Both the position numbers and the translations under genes were made by a program. 64,000 nucleotides of DNA, taken from the NCBI GenBank assembly GCA_964016885.1, contig OZ024740.1, positions 46,438,001 through 46,502,000 of the forward strand. The letters run 5' to 3'. Source of the stretch: Eledone cirrhosa (taxonomy: Eukaryota). Positions 14,901 to 30,119 of the stretch are shown here, piece after piece (the first letter of the stretch is position 1; every line of letters begins with the position of its first letter). The notes beneath the pieces are model-generated. The model was not told where the DNA came from, did no database searches, and worked only from the letters and a program-made list of their open reading frames with translations.

Positions 14901-17900
14901 AACCCAGTCTAACAGAATTACAATGTAACCTCTACTATAGCCACAACCCAACCTAACAGCAGAATTACAATGTAACCTCTACTATAGCCACAACCCAGCG
15001 TAACAGAATTACAATGTAACCTCTACTATAGCCACAACCCAGTCTAACAGAATTACAATGTAACCTCTACTATAGCCACAACCCAGTCTAACAGAATTAC
15101 AATGTAACCTCTACTATAGCCACAACCCAGTCTAAAAGAATTACAATGTAACCTCTACTATAGCCACAACCCAGTCTAACAGAATTACAATGTAACCTCT
15201 ACTATAGCCACAACCCAGTCTAACAGAATTACAATGTAACCTCTACTATAGCCACAACCCAGCCTAACAGAATTACAATGTAACCTCTACTATAGCCACA
15301 ACCCAGTCTAACAGAATTACAATGTAACCTCTACTATAGCCACAACCCAGTCTAACAGAATTACAATGTAACCTCTACTATAGCCACAACCCAGTCTAAC
15401 AGAATTACAATGTAACCTCTACTATAGCCACAACCCAACCTAACAGCAGAATTACAATGTAACCTCTACTATAGCCACAACCCAGTCTAACAGAATTACA
15501 ATGTAACCTCTACTATAGCCACAACCCAGTCTAACAGAATTACAATGTAACCTCTACTATAGCCACAACCCAACCTAACAGCAGAATTACAACGTAACCT
15601 CTACTATAGCCACAACCCAGCCTAACAGAATTACAATGTAACCTCTACTATAGCCACAACCCTGCCTAACAGAATTACAATGTAACCCCTACTATAGCCA
15701 CAACCCAGTCTAACAGAATTACAATGTAACCTCTACTATAGCCACAACCCAGTCTAACAGAATTACAATGTAACCTCTACTATAGCCACAACCCAACCTA
15801 ACAGCAGAATTACAATGTAACTTCTACTATAGCCACAACCCAGCCTAACAGAATTACAATGTAACCTCTACTATAGCCACAACCCAGTCTAACAGAATTA
15901 CAATGTAACCTCTACTATAGCCACAACCCAGTCTAACAGAATTACAATGTAACCTCTACTATAGCCACAACCCAGTCTAACAGAATTACAATGTAACCTC
16001 TACTATAGCCACAACCCAGTCTAACAGAATTACAATGTAACCTCTACTATAGCCACAACCCAGTCTAACAGAATTACAATGTAACCTCTACTATAGCCAC
16101 AACCCAGTCTAACAGAATTACAATGTAACCTCTACTATAGCCACAACCCAGTCTAACAGAATTACAATGTAACCTCTACTATAGCCACAACCCAGCCTAA
16201 CAGAATTACAATGTAACCTCTACTATAGCCACAACCCATTCTAACAGAATTACAATGTAACCTCTACTATAGCCACAACCCAGTCTAACAGAATTACAAT
16301 GTAACCTCTACTATAGCCACAACCCAGTCTAACAGAATTACATTGTAACCTCTACTATAGCCACAACCCAGTCTAACAGAATTACAATGTAACCTCTACT
16401 ATAGCCACAACCCAGTCTAACAGAATTACAATGTAACCTCTACTATAGCCACAACCCAGTCTAACAGAATTACAATGTAACCTCTACTATAGCCACAACC
16501 CAGCCTAACAGAATTACAATGTAACCTCTACTATAGCCACAACCCAGTCTAACAGAATTACAATGTAACCTCTACTATAGCCACAACCCAGTCTAACAGA
16601 ATTACAATGTAACCTCTACTATAGCCACAACCTAGCCTATCAGAATTACAATGTAACCTCTACTATAGCCACAACCCATTCTAACAGAATTACAATGTAA
16701 CCTCTACTATAGTCACAACCCAGCCTAACAGAATTACAATGTAACCTCTACTATAGCCACAACCCAGTCTAACAGAATTACAATGTAACCTCTACTATAG
16801 CCACAACCCAGTCTAACAGAATTACAATGTAACCTCTACTATAGCCACAACCTAGCCTAACAGAATTACAATGTAACCTCTACTATAGCCACAACACAGC
16901 CTAACAGAATTACAATGTAACCTCTACTATAGCCACAACCCAGCCTAACAGAATTACAATGTAAACTCTACTATAGCCACAACCCAGTCTAACAGAATTA
17001 CAATGTAACCTCTACTATAGCCACAACCTAGCCTATCAGAATTACAATGTAACCTCTACTATAGCCACAACCTAGCCTAACAGAATTACAATGTAACCTC
17101 TACTATAGTCACAACCCAGCCTAACAGAATTACAATGTAACCTCTACTATAGTCACAACCCAGCCTAACAGAATTACAATGTAACCTCTACTATAGCCAC
17201 AACCTAGCCTAACAGAATTACAATGTAACCTCTACTATAGCCACAACCCAGCCTAACAGAATTACAATGTAACCTCTACTATAGCCACAACCTAGCCTAA
17301 CAGAATTACAATGTAACCTCTACTATAGCCACAACCTAGCCTAACAGAATTACAATGTAACCTCTACTATAGCCACAACCTAGCCTAACAGAATTACAAT
17401 GTAACCTCTACTATAGCCACAACCTAGCCTAACAGAATTACAATGTAACCTCTACTATAGCCACAACCTAGCCTAACAGAATTACAATGTAACCTCTACT
17501 ATAGCCACAACCTAGCCTAACAGAATTACAATGTAACCTCTACTATAGCCACAACCTAGCCTAACAGAATTACAATGTAACCTCTACTATAGCCACAACC
17601 TAGCCTAACAGAATTACAATGTAACCTCTACTATAGCCACAACACAGCCTAACAGAATTACAATGTAACCTCTACTATAGCCACAACCCTGCCTAACAGA
17701 ATTACAATGTAACCCCTACTATAGCCACAACCCAGTCTAACAGAATTACAATGTAACTTCTACTATAGCCACAACCCAGTCTAACAGAATTACAATGTAA
17801 CCTCTACTATAGCCACAACCCAACCTAACAGCAGAATTACAATGTAACCTCTACTATAGCCACAACCCAGCGTAACAGAATTACAATGTAACCTCTACTA

Positions 17901-19400
17901 TAGCCACAACCCAGTCTAACAGAATTACAATGTAACCTCTACTATAGCCACAACCCAGTCTAACAGAATTACAATGTAACCTCTACTATAGCCACAACCC
18001 AGTCTAAAAGAATTACAATGTAACCTCTACTATAGCCACAACCCAGTCTAACAGAATTACAATGTAACCTCTACTATAGCCACAACCCAGTCTAACAGAA
18101 TTACAATGTAACCTCTACTATAGCCACAACCCAGCCTAACAGAATTACAATGTAACCTCTACTATAGCCACAACCCAGTCTAACAGAATTACAATGTAAC
18201 CTCTACTATAGCCACAACCCAGTCTAACAGAATTACAATGTAACCTCTACTATAGCCACAACCCAGTCTAACAGAATTACAATGTAACCTCTACTATAGC
18301 CACAACCCAACCTAACAGCAGAATTACAATGTAACCTCTACTATAGCCACAACCCAGTCTAACAGAATTACAATGTAACCTCTACTATAGCCACAACCCA
18401 GTCTAACAGAATTACAATGTAACCTCTACTATAGCCACAACCCAACCTAACAGCAGAATTACAACGTAACCTCTACTATAGCCACAACCCAGCCTAACAG
18501 AATTACAATGTAACCTCTACTATAGCCACAACCCTGCCTAACAGAATTACAATGTAACCCCTACTATAGCCACAACCCAGTCTAACAGAATTACAATGTA
18601 ACCTCTACTATAGCCACAACCCAGTCTAACAGAATTACAATGTAACCTCTACTATAGCCACAACCCAACCTAACAGCAGAATTACAATGTAACCTCTACT
18701 ATAGCCACAACCCAGCCTAACAGAATTACAATGTAACCTCTACTATAGCCACAACCCAGTCTAACAGAATTACAATGTAACCTCTACTATAGCCACAACC
18801 CAGTCTAACAGAATTACAATGTAACCTCTACTATAGCCACAACCCAGTCTAACAGAATTACAATGTAACCTCTACTATAGCCACAACCCAGTCTAACAGA
18901 ATTACAATGTAACCTCTACTATAGCCACAACCCAGTCTAACAGAATTACAATGTAACCTCTACTATAGCCACAACCCAGCCTAACAGAATTACAATGTAA
19001 CCTCTACTATAGCCACAACCCATTCTAACAGAATTACAATGTAACCTCTACTATAGCCACAACCCAGTCTAACAGAATTACAATGTAACCTCTACTATAG
19101 CCACAACCCAGTCTAACAGAATTACATTGTAACCTCTACTATAGCCACAACCCAGTCTAACAGAATTACAATGTAACCTCTACTATAGCCACAACCCAGT
19201 CTAACAGAATTACAATGTAACCTCTACTATAGCCACAACCCAGTCTAACAGAATTACAATGTAACCTCTACTATAGCCACAACCCAGCCTAACAGAATTA
19301 CAATGTAACCTCTACTATAGCCACAACCCAGTCTAACAGAATTACAATGTAACCTCTACTATAGCCACAACCCAGTCTAACAGAATTACAATGTAACCTC
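11923..19400. repeat. Higher-order repeat, 2872-bp unit (65 monomers), about 2.6 tandem copies
   Basis: CCCTGCC monomer at 11923/14795/17667 and CCCAGCGTAA monomer at 12102/14974/17846, offset 2872 = 65x44 + 4x3. The TTACATTGTAA marker at about 13471/16343/19127 shows the third copy lacks two monomers. Confidence 0.9.
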
Positions 19401-20149
19401 TACTATAGCCACAACCCAGTCTAACAGAATTACAATGTAACCTCTACTATAGCCACAACCCAGTCTAACAGAATTACAATGTAACCTCTACTATAGCCAC
19501 AACCTAGCCTATCAGAATTACAATGTAACCTCTACTATAGCCACAACCTAGCCTAACAGAATTACAATGTAACCTCTACTATAGTCACAACCCAGCCTAA
19601 CAGAATTACAATGTAACCTCTACTATAGTCACAACCCAGCCTAACAGAATTACAATGTAACCTCTACTATAGCCACAACCCAGTCTAACAGAATTACAAT
19701 GTAACCTCTACTATAGCCACAACCTAGCCTAACAGAATTACAATGTAACCTCTACTATAGCCACAACCCAGCCTAACAGAATTACAATGTAACCTCTACT
19801 ATAGCCACAACCTAGCCTAACAGAATTACAATGTAACCTCTACTATAGCCACAACCTAGCCTAACAGAATTACAATGTAACCTCTACTATAGCCACAACC
19901 TAGCCTAACAGAATTACAATGTAACCTCTACTATAGCCACAACCTAGCCTAACAGAATTACAATGTAACCTCTACTATAGCCACAACCCAGTCTAACAGA
20001 ATTACAATGTAACTTCTACTATAGCCACAACCCAGTCTAACAGAATTACAATGTAACCTCTACTATAGCCACAACCCAACCTAACAGCAGAATTACAATG
20101 TAACGTCTACTATAGCCACAACCTAGCCTAACAGAATTACAATGTAACC

Positions 20150-23100
20150 TCTACTATAGCCACAACCTAGCCTAACAGAATTACAATGTAACCTCTACTA
20201 TAGCCACAACCCAGTCTAACAGAATTACAATGTAACCTCTACTATAGCCACAACCCAGTCTAACAGAATTACAATGTAACTTCTACTATAGCCACAACCC
20301 AGTCTAACAGAATTACAATGTAACCTCTACTATAGCCACAACCCAACCTAACAGCAGAATTACAATGTAACCTCTACTATAGCCACAACCCAGCCTAACA
20401 GAATTACAATGTAACCTCTACTATAGCCACAACCCAGTCTAACAGAATTACAATGTAACCTCTACTATAGCCACAACCCAGTCTAACAGAATTACAATGT
20501 AACCTCTACTATAGCCACAACCCAGTCTAACAGAATTACAATGTAACCTCTACTATAGCCACAACCCAGTCTAACAGAATTACAATGTAACCTCTACTAT
20601 AGCCACAACCCAGCCTAACAGAATTACAATGTAACCTCTACTATAGCCACAACCCAGTCTAACATAATTACAATGTAACCTCTACTATAGCCACAACCCA
20701 GTCTAACAGAATTACAATGTAACCTCTACTATAGCCACAACCCAGTCTAACAGAATTACAATGTAACCTCTACTATAGCCACAACCCAGTCTAACAGAAT
20801 TACAATGTAACCTCTACTATAGCCACAACCCAACCTAACAGCAGAATTACAATGTAACCTCTACTATAGCCACAACCCAGCCTAACAGAATTACAATGTA
20901 ACCTCTACTATAGCCACAACCCAGTCTAACAGAATTACAATGTAACCTCTACTATAGCCACAACCCAGTCTAACAGAATTACAATGTAACCTCTACTATA
21001 GCCACAACCCAGCCTAACAGAATTACAATGTAACCTCTACTATAGCCACAACCCAGTCTAACAGAATTACAATGTAACCTCTACTATAGCCACAACCCAG
21101 TCTAACAGAATTACAATGTAACCTCTACTATAGCCACAACCTAGCCTAACAGAATTACAATGTAACCTCTACAATAGCCACAACCCAGTCTAACAGAATT
21201 ACAATGTAACCTTTACTATAGCCACAACCCAGCCTAACAGAATTACAATGTAACCTCTACTATAGTCACAACCCAGCCTAACAGAATTACAATGTAACCT
21301 CTACTATAGCCACAACCCAGTCTAACAGAATTACAATGTAACCTCTACTATAGCCACAACCCAGCCTAACAGAATTACAATGTAACCTCTACTATAGCCA
21401 CAACCCAGCCTAACAGAATTACAATGTAACCTCTACTATAGCCACAACCCAGTCTATCAGAATTACAATGTAACCTCTACTATAGCCACAACCCAGCCTA
21501 ACAGAATTACAATGTAACCTCTACTATAGCCACAACCTAGCCTAACAGAATTACAATGTAACCTCTACTATAGCCACAACCCAGTCTAACATAATTACAA
21601 TGTAACCTCTACTATAGCCACAACCTAGCCTAACAGAATTACAATGTAACCTCTACTATAGCCACAACCCAGTCTAGCAGAATTTCAATGTAACCTCTAC
21701 TATAGCAACAACCTAGTCTAACAGAATTACAATGTAACCTCTACTATAGTCACAACCCATGTGTAACAGAATTACAATGTAACCTCTACTATAGCCACAA
21801 ACCAGTCTATCAGAATTACAATGTAACCTCTACGATAGCCACAACCCAGCCTAACAGAATTACAATGTAACCTCTACTATAGCCACAACCTAGCCTAACA
21901 GAATTACAATGTAACCTCTACTATAGCCACAACCCAGCCTAACAGAATTACAATGTAACCTCTACTATAGCCACAACCCAGTCTATCAGAATTACGATGT
22001 AACCTCTACTATAGCCACAACCCAGTATAGCAGAATTACAATGTAACCTCTACTATAGCCACAACCCAGCCTAACAGAATTACAATGTAACCTCTACTAT
22101 AGCCACAACCCAGCCTAACAGAATTACAATGTAACCTCTACTATAGTCACAACCCAGCCTAACAGAATTACAATGTAACCTCTACTATAGACACAACCCA
22201 GTCTAACAGAATTACAATGTAACCTCTACTATAGCCACAACCCAGTCTAACAGAATTACAATGTAACCTCTACTATAGCCACAAACCAGCCTAACAGAAT
22301 TACAATGTAACCTCTACTATAGCCACAACCTAGCCTAACAGAATTACAATGTAACCTCTACAATAGCCACAACCCAGTCTAACAGAATTACAATGTAACC
22401 TTTACTATAGCCACAACCCAGCCTAACAGAATTACAATGTAACCTCTACTATAGTCACAACCCAGCCTAACAGAATTACAATGTAACCTCTACTATAGCC
22501 ACAACCCAGTCTAACAGAATTACAATGTAACCTCTACTATAGCCACAACCCAGCCTAACAGAATTACAATGTAACCTCTACTATAGCCACAACCCAGCCT
22601 AACAGAATTACAATGTAACCTCTACTATAGCCACAACCCAGTCTATCAGAATTACAATGTAACCTCTACTATAGCCACAACCCAGCCTAACAGAATTACA
22701 ATGTAACCTCTACTATAGCCACAACCTAGCCTAACAGAATTACAATGTAACCTCTACTATAGCCACAACCCAGTCTAACATAATTACAATGTAACCTCTA
22801 CTATAGCCACAACCTAGCCTAACAGAATTACAATGTAACCTCTACTATAGCCACAACCCAGTCTAGCAGAATTACAATGTAACCTCTACTATAGCCACAA
22901 CCTAGTCTAACAGAATTACAATGTAACCTCTACTATAGTCACAACCCATGTGTAACAGAATTACAATGTAACCTCTACTATAGCCACAAACCAGTCTATC
23001 AGAATTACAATGTAACCTCTACTATAGCCACAACCCAGCCTAACAGAATTACAATGTAACCTCTACTATAGCCACAACCTAGCCTAACAGAATTACAATG

Positions 23101-26100
23101 TAACCTCTACTATAGCCACAACCCAGCCTAACAGAATTACAATGTAACCTCTACTATAGCCACAACCCAGTCTATCAGAATTACAATGTAACCTCTACTA
23201 TAGCCACAACCCAGTATAGCAGAATTACAATGTAACCTGTACTATAGCCACAACCCAGTCTAACAGAATTACAATGTAACCTCTACTATAGCCACAACCC
23301 AGCCTAACAGAATTACAATGTAACCTCTACTATAGTCACAACCCAGCCTAACAGAATTACAATGTAACCTCTACTATAGCCACAACCCAGTCTAGCAGAA
23401 TTACAATGTAACCTCTACTATAGCCACAACCTAGCCTAACAGAATTACAATGTAACCTCTACTATAGCCACAACCTAGCCTAACAGAATTACAATGTAAC
23501 CTCTACTATAGTCACAACCTAGCCTAACAGAATTACAATGTAACCTCTACTATAGCCACAACCTAGCCTAACAGAATTACAATGTAACCTCTACTATAGC
23601 CACAACACAGCCTAACAGAATTACAATGTAACCTCTACTATAGCCACAACCCAGCCTAACAGAATTACAATGTAACCTCTACTATAGCCACAACCCAGCC
23701 TAACAGAATTACAATGTAACCTCTACTATAGCCACAACCCAGTCTAACAGAATTACAATGTAACCTCTACTATAGCAACAACCCAGCCTAACAGAATTAC
23801 AATGTAACCTCTACTATAGCCACAACCCAGCCTAACAGAATTACAATGTAACCCCTACTATAGCCACAACCCAGTCTAACAGAATTACAATGTAACCTCT
23901 ACTATAGCCACAACCCAGTCTAACAGAATTACAATGTAACCTCTACTATAGCCACAACCCAACCTAACAGCAGAATTACAATGTAACCTCTACTATAGCC
24001 ACAACCCAGCCTAACAGAATTACAATGTAACCTCTACTATAGCCACAACCCAGTCTAACAGAATTACAATGTAACCTCTACTATAGCCACAACCTAGCCT
24101 AACAGAATTACAATGTAACCTCTACTATAGCCACAACCCAGTCTAACAGAATTACAATGTAACCTCTACTATAGCCACAACCCAGTCTAACAGAATTACA
24201 ATGTAACTTCTACTATAGCCACAACCCAGTCTAACAGAATTACAATGTAACCTCTACTATAGCCACAACCCAACCTAACAGCAGAATTACAATGTAACCT
24301 CTACTATAGCCACAACCCAGCCTAACAGAATTACAATGTAACCTCTACTATAGCCACAACCCAGTCTAACAGAATTACAATGTAACCTCTACTATAGCCA
24401 CAACCCAGTCTAACAGAATTACAATGTAACCTCTACTATAGCCACAACCCAGTCTAACAGAATTACAATGTAACCTCTACTATAGCCACAACCCAGTCTA
24501 ACAGAATTACAATGTAACCTCTACTATAGCCACAACCCAGCCTAACAGAATTACAATGTAACCTCTACTATAGCCACAACCCAGTCTAACATAATTACAA
24601 TGTAACCTCTACTATAGCCACAACCCAGTCTAACAGAATTACAATGTAACCTCTACTATAGCCACAACCCAGTCTAACAGAATTACAATGTAACCTCTAC
24701 TATAGCCACAACCCAGTCTAACAGAATTACAATGTAACCTCTACTATAGCCACAACCCAACCTAACAGCAGAATTACAATGTAACCTCTACTATAGCCAC
24801 AACCCAGCCTAACAGAATTACAATGTAACCTCTACTATAGCCACAACCCAGTCTAACAGAATTACAATGTAACCTCTACTATAGCCACAACCCAGTCTAA
24901 CAGAATTACAATGTAACCTCTACTATAGCCACAACCCAGCCTAACAGAATTACAATGTAACCTCTACTATAGCCACAACCCAGTCTAACAGAATTACAAT
25001 GTAACCTCTACTATAGCCACAACCCAGTCTAACAGAATTACAATGTAACCTCTACTATAGCCACAACCCAGCCTAACAGAATTACAATGTAACCTCTACT
25101 ATAGCCACAACCTAGCCTAACAGAATTACAATGTAACCTCTACAATAGCCACAACCCAGTCTAACAGAATTACAATGTAACCTTTACTATAGCCACAACC
25201 CAGCCTAACAGAATTACAATGTAACCTCTACTATAGTCACAACCCAGCCTAACAGAATTACAATGTAACCTCTACTATAGCCACAACCCAGTCTAACAGA
25301 ATTACAATGTAACCTCTACTATAGCCACAACCCAGCCTAACAGAATTACAATGTAACCTCTACTATAGCCACAACCCAGCCTAACAGAATTACAATGTAA
25401 CCTCTACTATAGCCACAACCCAGTCTATCAGAATTACAATGTAACCTCTACTATAGCCACAACCCAGCCTAACAGAATTACAATGTAACCTCTACTATAG
25501 CCACAACCTAGCCTAACAGAATTACAATGTAACCTCTACTATAGCCACAACCCAGTCTAACATAATTACAATGTAACCTCTACTATAGCCACAACCTAGC
25601 CTAACAGAATTACAATGTAACCTCTACTATAGCCACAACCCAGTCTAGCAGAATTTCAATGTAACCTCTACTATAGCAACAACCTAGTCTAACAGAATTA
25701 CAATGTAACCTCTACTATAGTCACAACCCATGTGTAACAGAATTACAATGTAACCTCTACTATAGCCACAAACCAGTCTATCAGAATTACAATGTAACCT
25801 CTACGATAGCCACAACCCAGCCTAACAGAATTACAATGTAACCTCTACTATAGCCACAACCTAGCCTAACAGAATTACAATGTAACCTCTACTATAGCCA
25901 CAACCCAGCCTAACAGAATTACAATGTAACCTCTACTATAGCCACAACCCAGTCTATCAGAATTACGATGTAACCTCTACTATAGCCACAACCCAGTATA
26001 GCAGAATTACAATGTAACCTCTACTATAGCCACAACCCAGCCTAACAGAATTACAATGTAACCTCTACTATAGCCACAACCCAGCCTAACAGAATTACAA

Positions 26101-28080
26101 TGTAACCTCTACTATAGTCACAACCCAGCCTAACAGAATTACAATGTAACCTCTACTATAGACACAACCCAGTCTAACAGAATTACAATGTAACCTCTAC
26201 TATAGCCACAACCCAGTCTAACAGAATTACAATGTAACCTCTACTATAGCCACAAACCAGCCTAACAGAATTACAATGTAACCTCTACTATAGCCACAAC
26301 CTAGCCTAACAGAATTACAATGTAACCTCTACAATAGCCACAACCCAGTCTAACAGAATTACAATGTAACCTTTACTATAGCCACAACCCAGCCTAACAG
26401 AATTACAATGTAACCTCTACTATAGTCACAACCCAGCCTAACAGAATTACAATGTAACCTCTACTATAGCCACAACCCAGTCTAACAGAATTACAATGTA
26501 ACCTCTACTATAGCCACAACCCAGCCTAACAGAATTACAATGTAACCTCTACTATAGCCACAACCCAGCCTAACAGAATTACAATGTAACCTCTACTATA
26601 GCCACAACCCAGTCTATCAGAATTACAATGTAACCTCTACTATAGCCACAACCCAGCCTAACAGAATTACAATGTAACCTCTACTATAGCCACAACCTAG
26701 CCTAACAGAATTACAATGTAACCTCTACTATAGCCACAACCCAGTCTAACATAATTACAATGTAACCTCTACTATAGCCACAACCTAGCCTAACAGAATT
26801 ACAATGTAACCTCTACTATAGCCACAACCCAGTCTAGCAGAATTACAATGTAACCTCTACTATAGCCACAACCTAGTCTAACAGAATTACAATGTAACCT
26901 CTACTATAGTCACAACCCATGTGTAACAGAATTACAATGTAACCTCTACTATAGCCACAAACCAGTCTATCAGAATTACAATGTAACCTCTACTATAGCC
27001 ACAACCCAGCCTAACAGAATTACAATGTAACCTCTACTATAGCCACAACCTAGCCTAACAGAATTACAATGTAACCTCTACTATAGCCACAACCCAGCCT
27101 AACAGAATTACAATGTAACCTCTACTATAGCCACAACCCAGTCTATCAGAATTACAATGTAACCTCTACTATAGCCACAACCCAGTATAGCAGAATTACA
27201 ATGTAACCTGTACTATAGCCACAACCCAGTCTAACAGAATTACAATGTAACCTCTACTATAGCCACAACCCAGCCTAACAGAATTACAATGTAACCTCTA
27301 CTATAGTCACAACCCAGCCTAACAGAATTACAATGTAACCTCTACTATAGCCACAACCCAGTCTAGCAGAATTACAATGTAACCTCTACTATAGCCACAA
27401 CCTAGCCTAACAGAATTACAATGTAACCTCTACTATAGCCACAACCTAGCCTAACAGAATTACAATGTAACCTCTACTATAGTCACAACCTAGCCTAACA
27501 GAATTACAATGTAACCTCTACTATAGCCACAACCTAGCCTAACAGAATTACAATGTAACCTCTACTATAGCCACAACACAGCCTAACAGAATTACAATGT
27601 AACCTCTACTATAGCCACAACCCAGCCTAACAGAATTACAATGTAACCTCTACTATAGCCACAACCCAGCCTAACAGAATTACAATGTAACCTCTACTAT
27701 AGCCACAACCCAGTCTAACAGAATTACAATGTAACCTCTACTATAGCAACAACCCAGCCTAACAGAATTACAATGTAACCTCTACTATAGCCACAACCCA
27801 GCCTAACAGAATTACAATGTAACGCCTACTATAGCCACAACCCAGTCTAACAGAATTACAATGTAACCTCTACTATAGCCACAACCCAGTCTAACAGAAT
27901 TACAATGTAACCTCTACTATAGCCACAACCCAACCTAACAGCAGAATTACAATGTAACCTCTACTATAGCCACAACCCAGCCTAACAGAATTACAATGTA
28001 ACCTCTACTATAGCCACAACCCAGTCTAACAGAATTACAATGTAACCTCTACTATAGCCACAACCCAGTCTAACAGAATT
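20150..28080. repeat. Tandem duplication of about 3.97 kb (89-90 monomers) containing a nested 1189-bp (27-monomer) duplication
   Basis: GAATTTCAA/TAGCAAC monomer at 21692/25663 and AACCTGTAC monomer at 23234/27205, offset 3971 = 90x44 + 3x3 + 2x1. Inner CATGTG monomers at 21736/22925 and 25707/26896, offset 1189. Boundaries approximate. Confidence 0.88.
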
Positions 28081-30119
28081 ACAATGTAACCTCTACTATA
28101 GCCACAACCCAGTCTAACAGAATTACAATGTAACTTCTACTATAGCCACAACCCAGTCTAACAGAATTACAATGTAACCTCTACTATAGCCACAACCCAA
28201 CCTAACAGCAGAATTACAATGTAACCTCTACTATAGCCACAACCCAGCCTAACAGAATTACAATGTAACCTCTACTATAGCCACAACCCAGTCTAACAGA
28301 ATTACAATGTAACCTCTACTATAGCCACAACCCAGTCTAACAGAATTACAATGTAACCTCTACTATAGCCACAACCCAGTCTAACAGAATTACAATGTAA
28401 CCTCTACTATAGCCACAACCCAACCTAACAGCAGAATTACAATGTAACCTCTACTATAGCCACAACCCAGCCTAACAGAATTACAATGTAACCTCTACTA
28501 TAGCCACAACCCAGTCTAACAGAATTACAATGTAACCTCTACTATAGCCACAATCCAGTCTAACAGAATTACAATGTAACCTCTACTATAGTCACAACCC
28601 AGTCTAACAGAATTACAATGTAACCTCTACTATAGCCACAACCCAGTCTAACAGAATTACAATGTAACCTCTACTATAGCCACAACCCAGCCTAACAGAA
28701 TTACAATGTAACCTCTACTATAGCCACAACCCAGTCTAACAGAATTACAATGTAACCTCTACTATAGCCACAACCCAGTCTAACAGAATTACAATGTAAC
28801 CTCTACTATAGCCACAACCCAGTCTAACAGAATTACAATGTAACCTCTACTATAGCCACAACCCAGCCTAACAGAATTACAATGTAACCTCTACTATAGC
28901 CACAACCCAGTCTAACAGAATTACAATGTAACCTCTACTATAGCCACAACCCAGTCTAACAGAATTACAATGTAACCTCTACTATAGCCACAACCCAGTC
29001 TAACAGAATTACAATGTAACCTCTACTATAGCCACAACCCAGTCTAACAGAATTACAATGTAACCTCTACTATAGCCACAACCCAACCTAACAGCAGAAT
29101 TACAATGTAACCTCTACTATAGCCACAACCCAGCCTAACAGAATTACAATGTAACCTCTACTATAGCCACAACCCAGTCTAACAGAATTACAATGTAACC
29201 TCTACTATAGCCACAACCCAGTCTAACAGAATTACAATGTAACCTCTACTATAGCCACAACCCAGCCTAACAGAATTACAATGTAACCTCTACTATAGCC
29301 ACAACCCAGTCTAACAGAATTACAATGTAACCTCTACTATAGCCACAACCCAGTCTAACAGAATTACAATGTAACCTCTACTATAGGCACAACCCAGCCT
29401 AACAGAATTACAATGTAACCTCTACTATAGCCACAACCTAGCCTAACAGAATTACAATGTAACCTCTACAATAGCCACAACCCAGTCTAACAGAATTACA
29501 ATGTAACCTTTACTATAGCCACAACCCAGCCTAACAGAATTACAATGTAACCTCTACTATAGTCACAACCCAGCCTAACAGAATTACAATGTAACCTCTA
29601 CTATAGCCACAACCCAGTCTAACAGAATTACAATGTAACCTCTACTATAGCCACAACCCAGCCTAACAGAATTACAATGTAACCTCTACTATAGCCACAA
29701 CCCAGCCTAACAGAATTACAATGTAACCTCTACTATAGCCACAACCCAGTCTATCAGAATTACAATGTAACCTCTACTATAGCCACAACCCAGCCTAACA
29801 GAATTACAATGTAACCTCTACTATAGCCACAACCTAGCCTAACAGAATTACAATGTAACCTCTACTATAGCCACAACCCAGTCTAACATAATTACAATGT
29901 AACCTCTACTATAGCCACAACCTAGCCTAACAGAATTACAATGTAACCTCTACTATAGCCACAACCCAGTCTAGCAGAATTACAATGTAACCTCTACTAT
30001 AGCCACAACCTAGTCTAACAGAATTACAATGTAACCTCTACTATAGTCACAACCCATGTGTAACAGAATTACAATGTAACCTCTACTATAGCCACAAACC
30101 AGTCTATCAGAATTACAAT

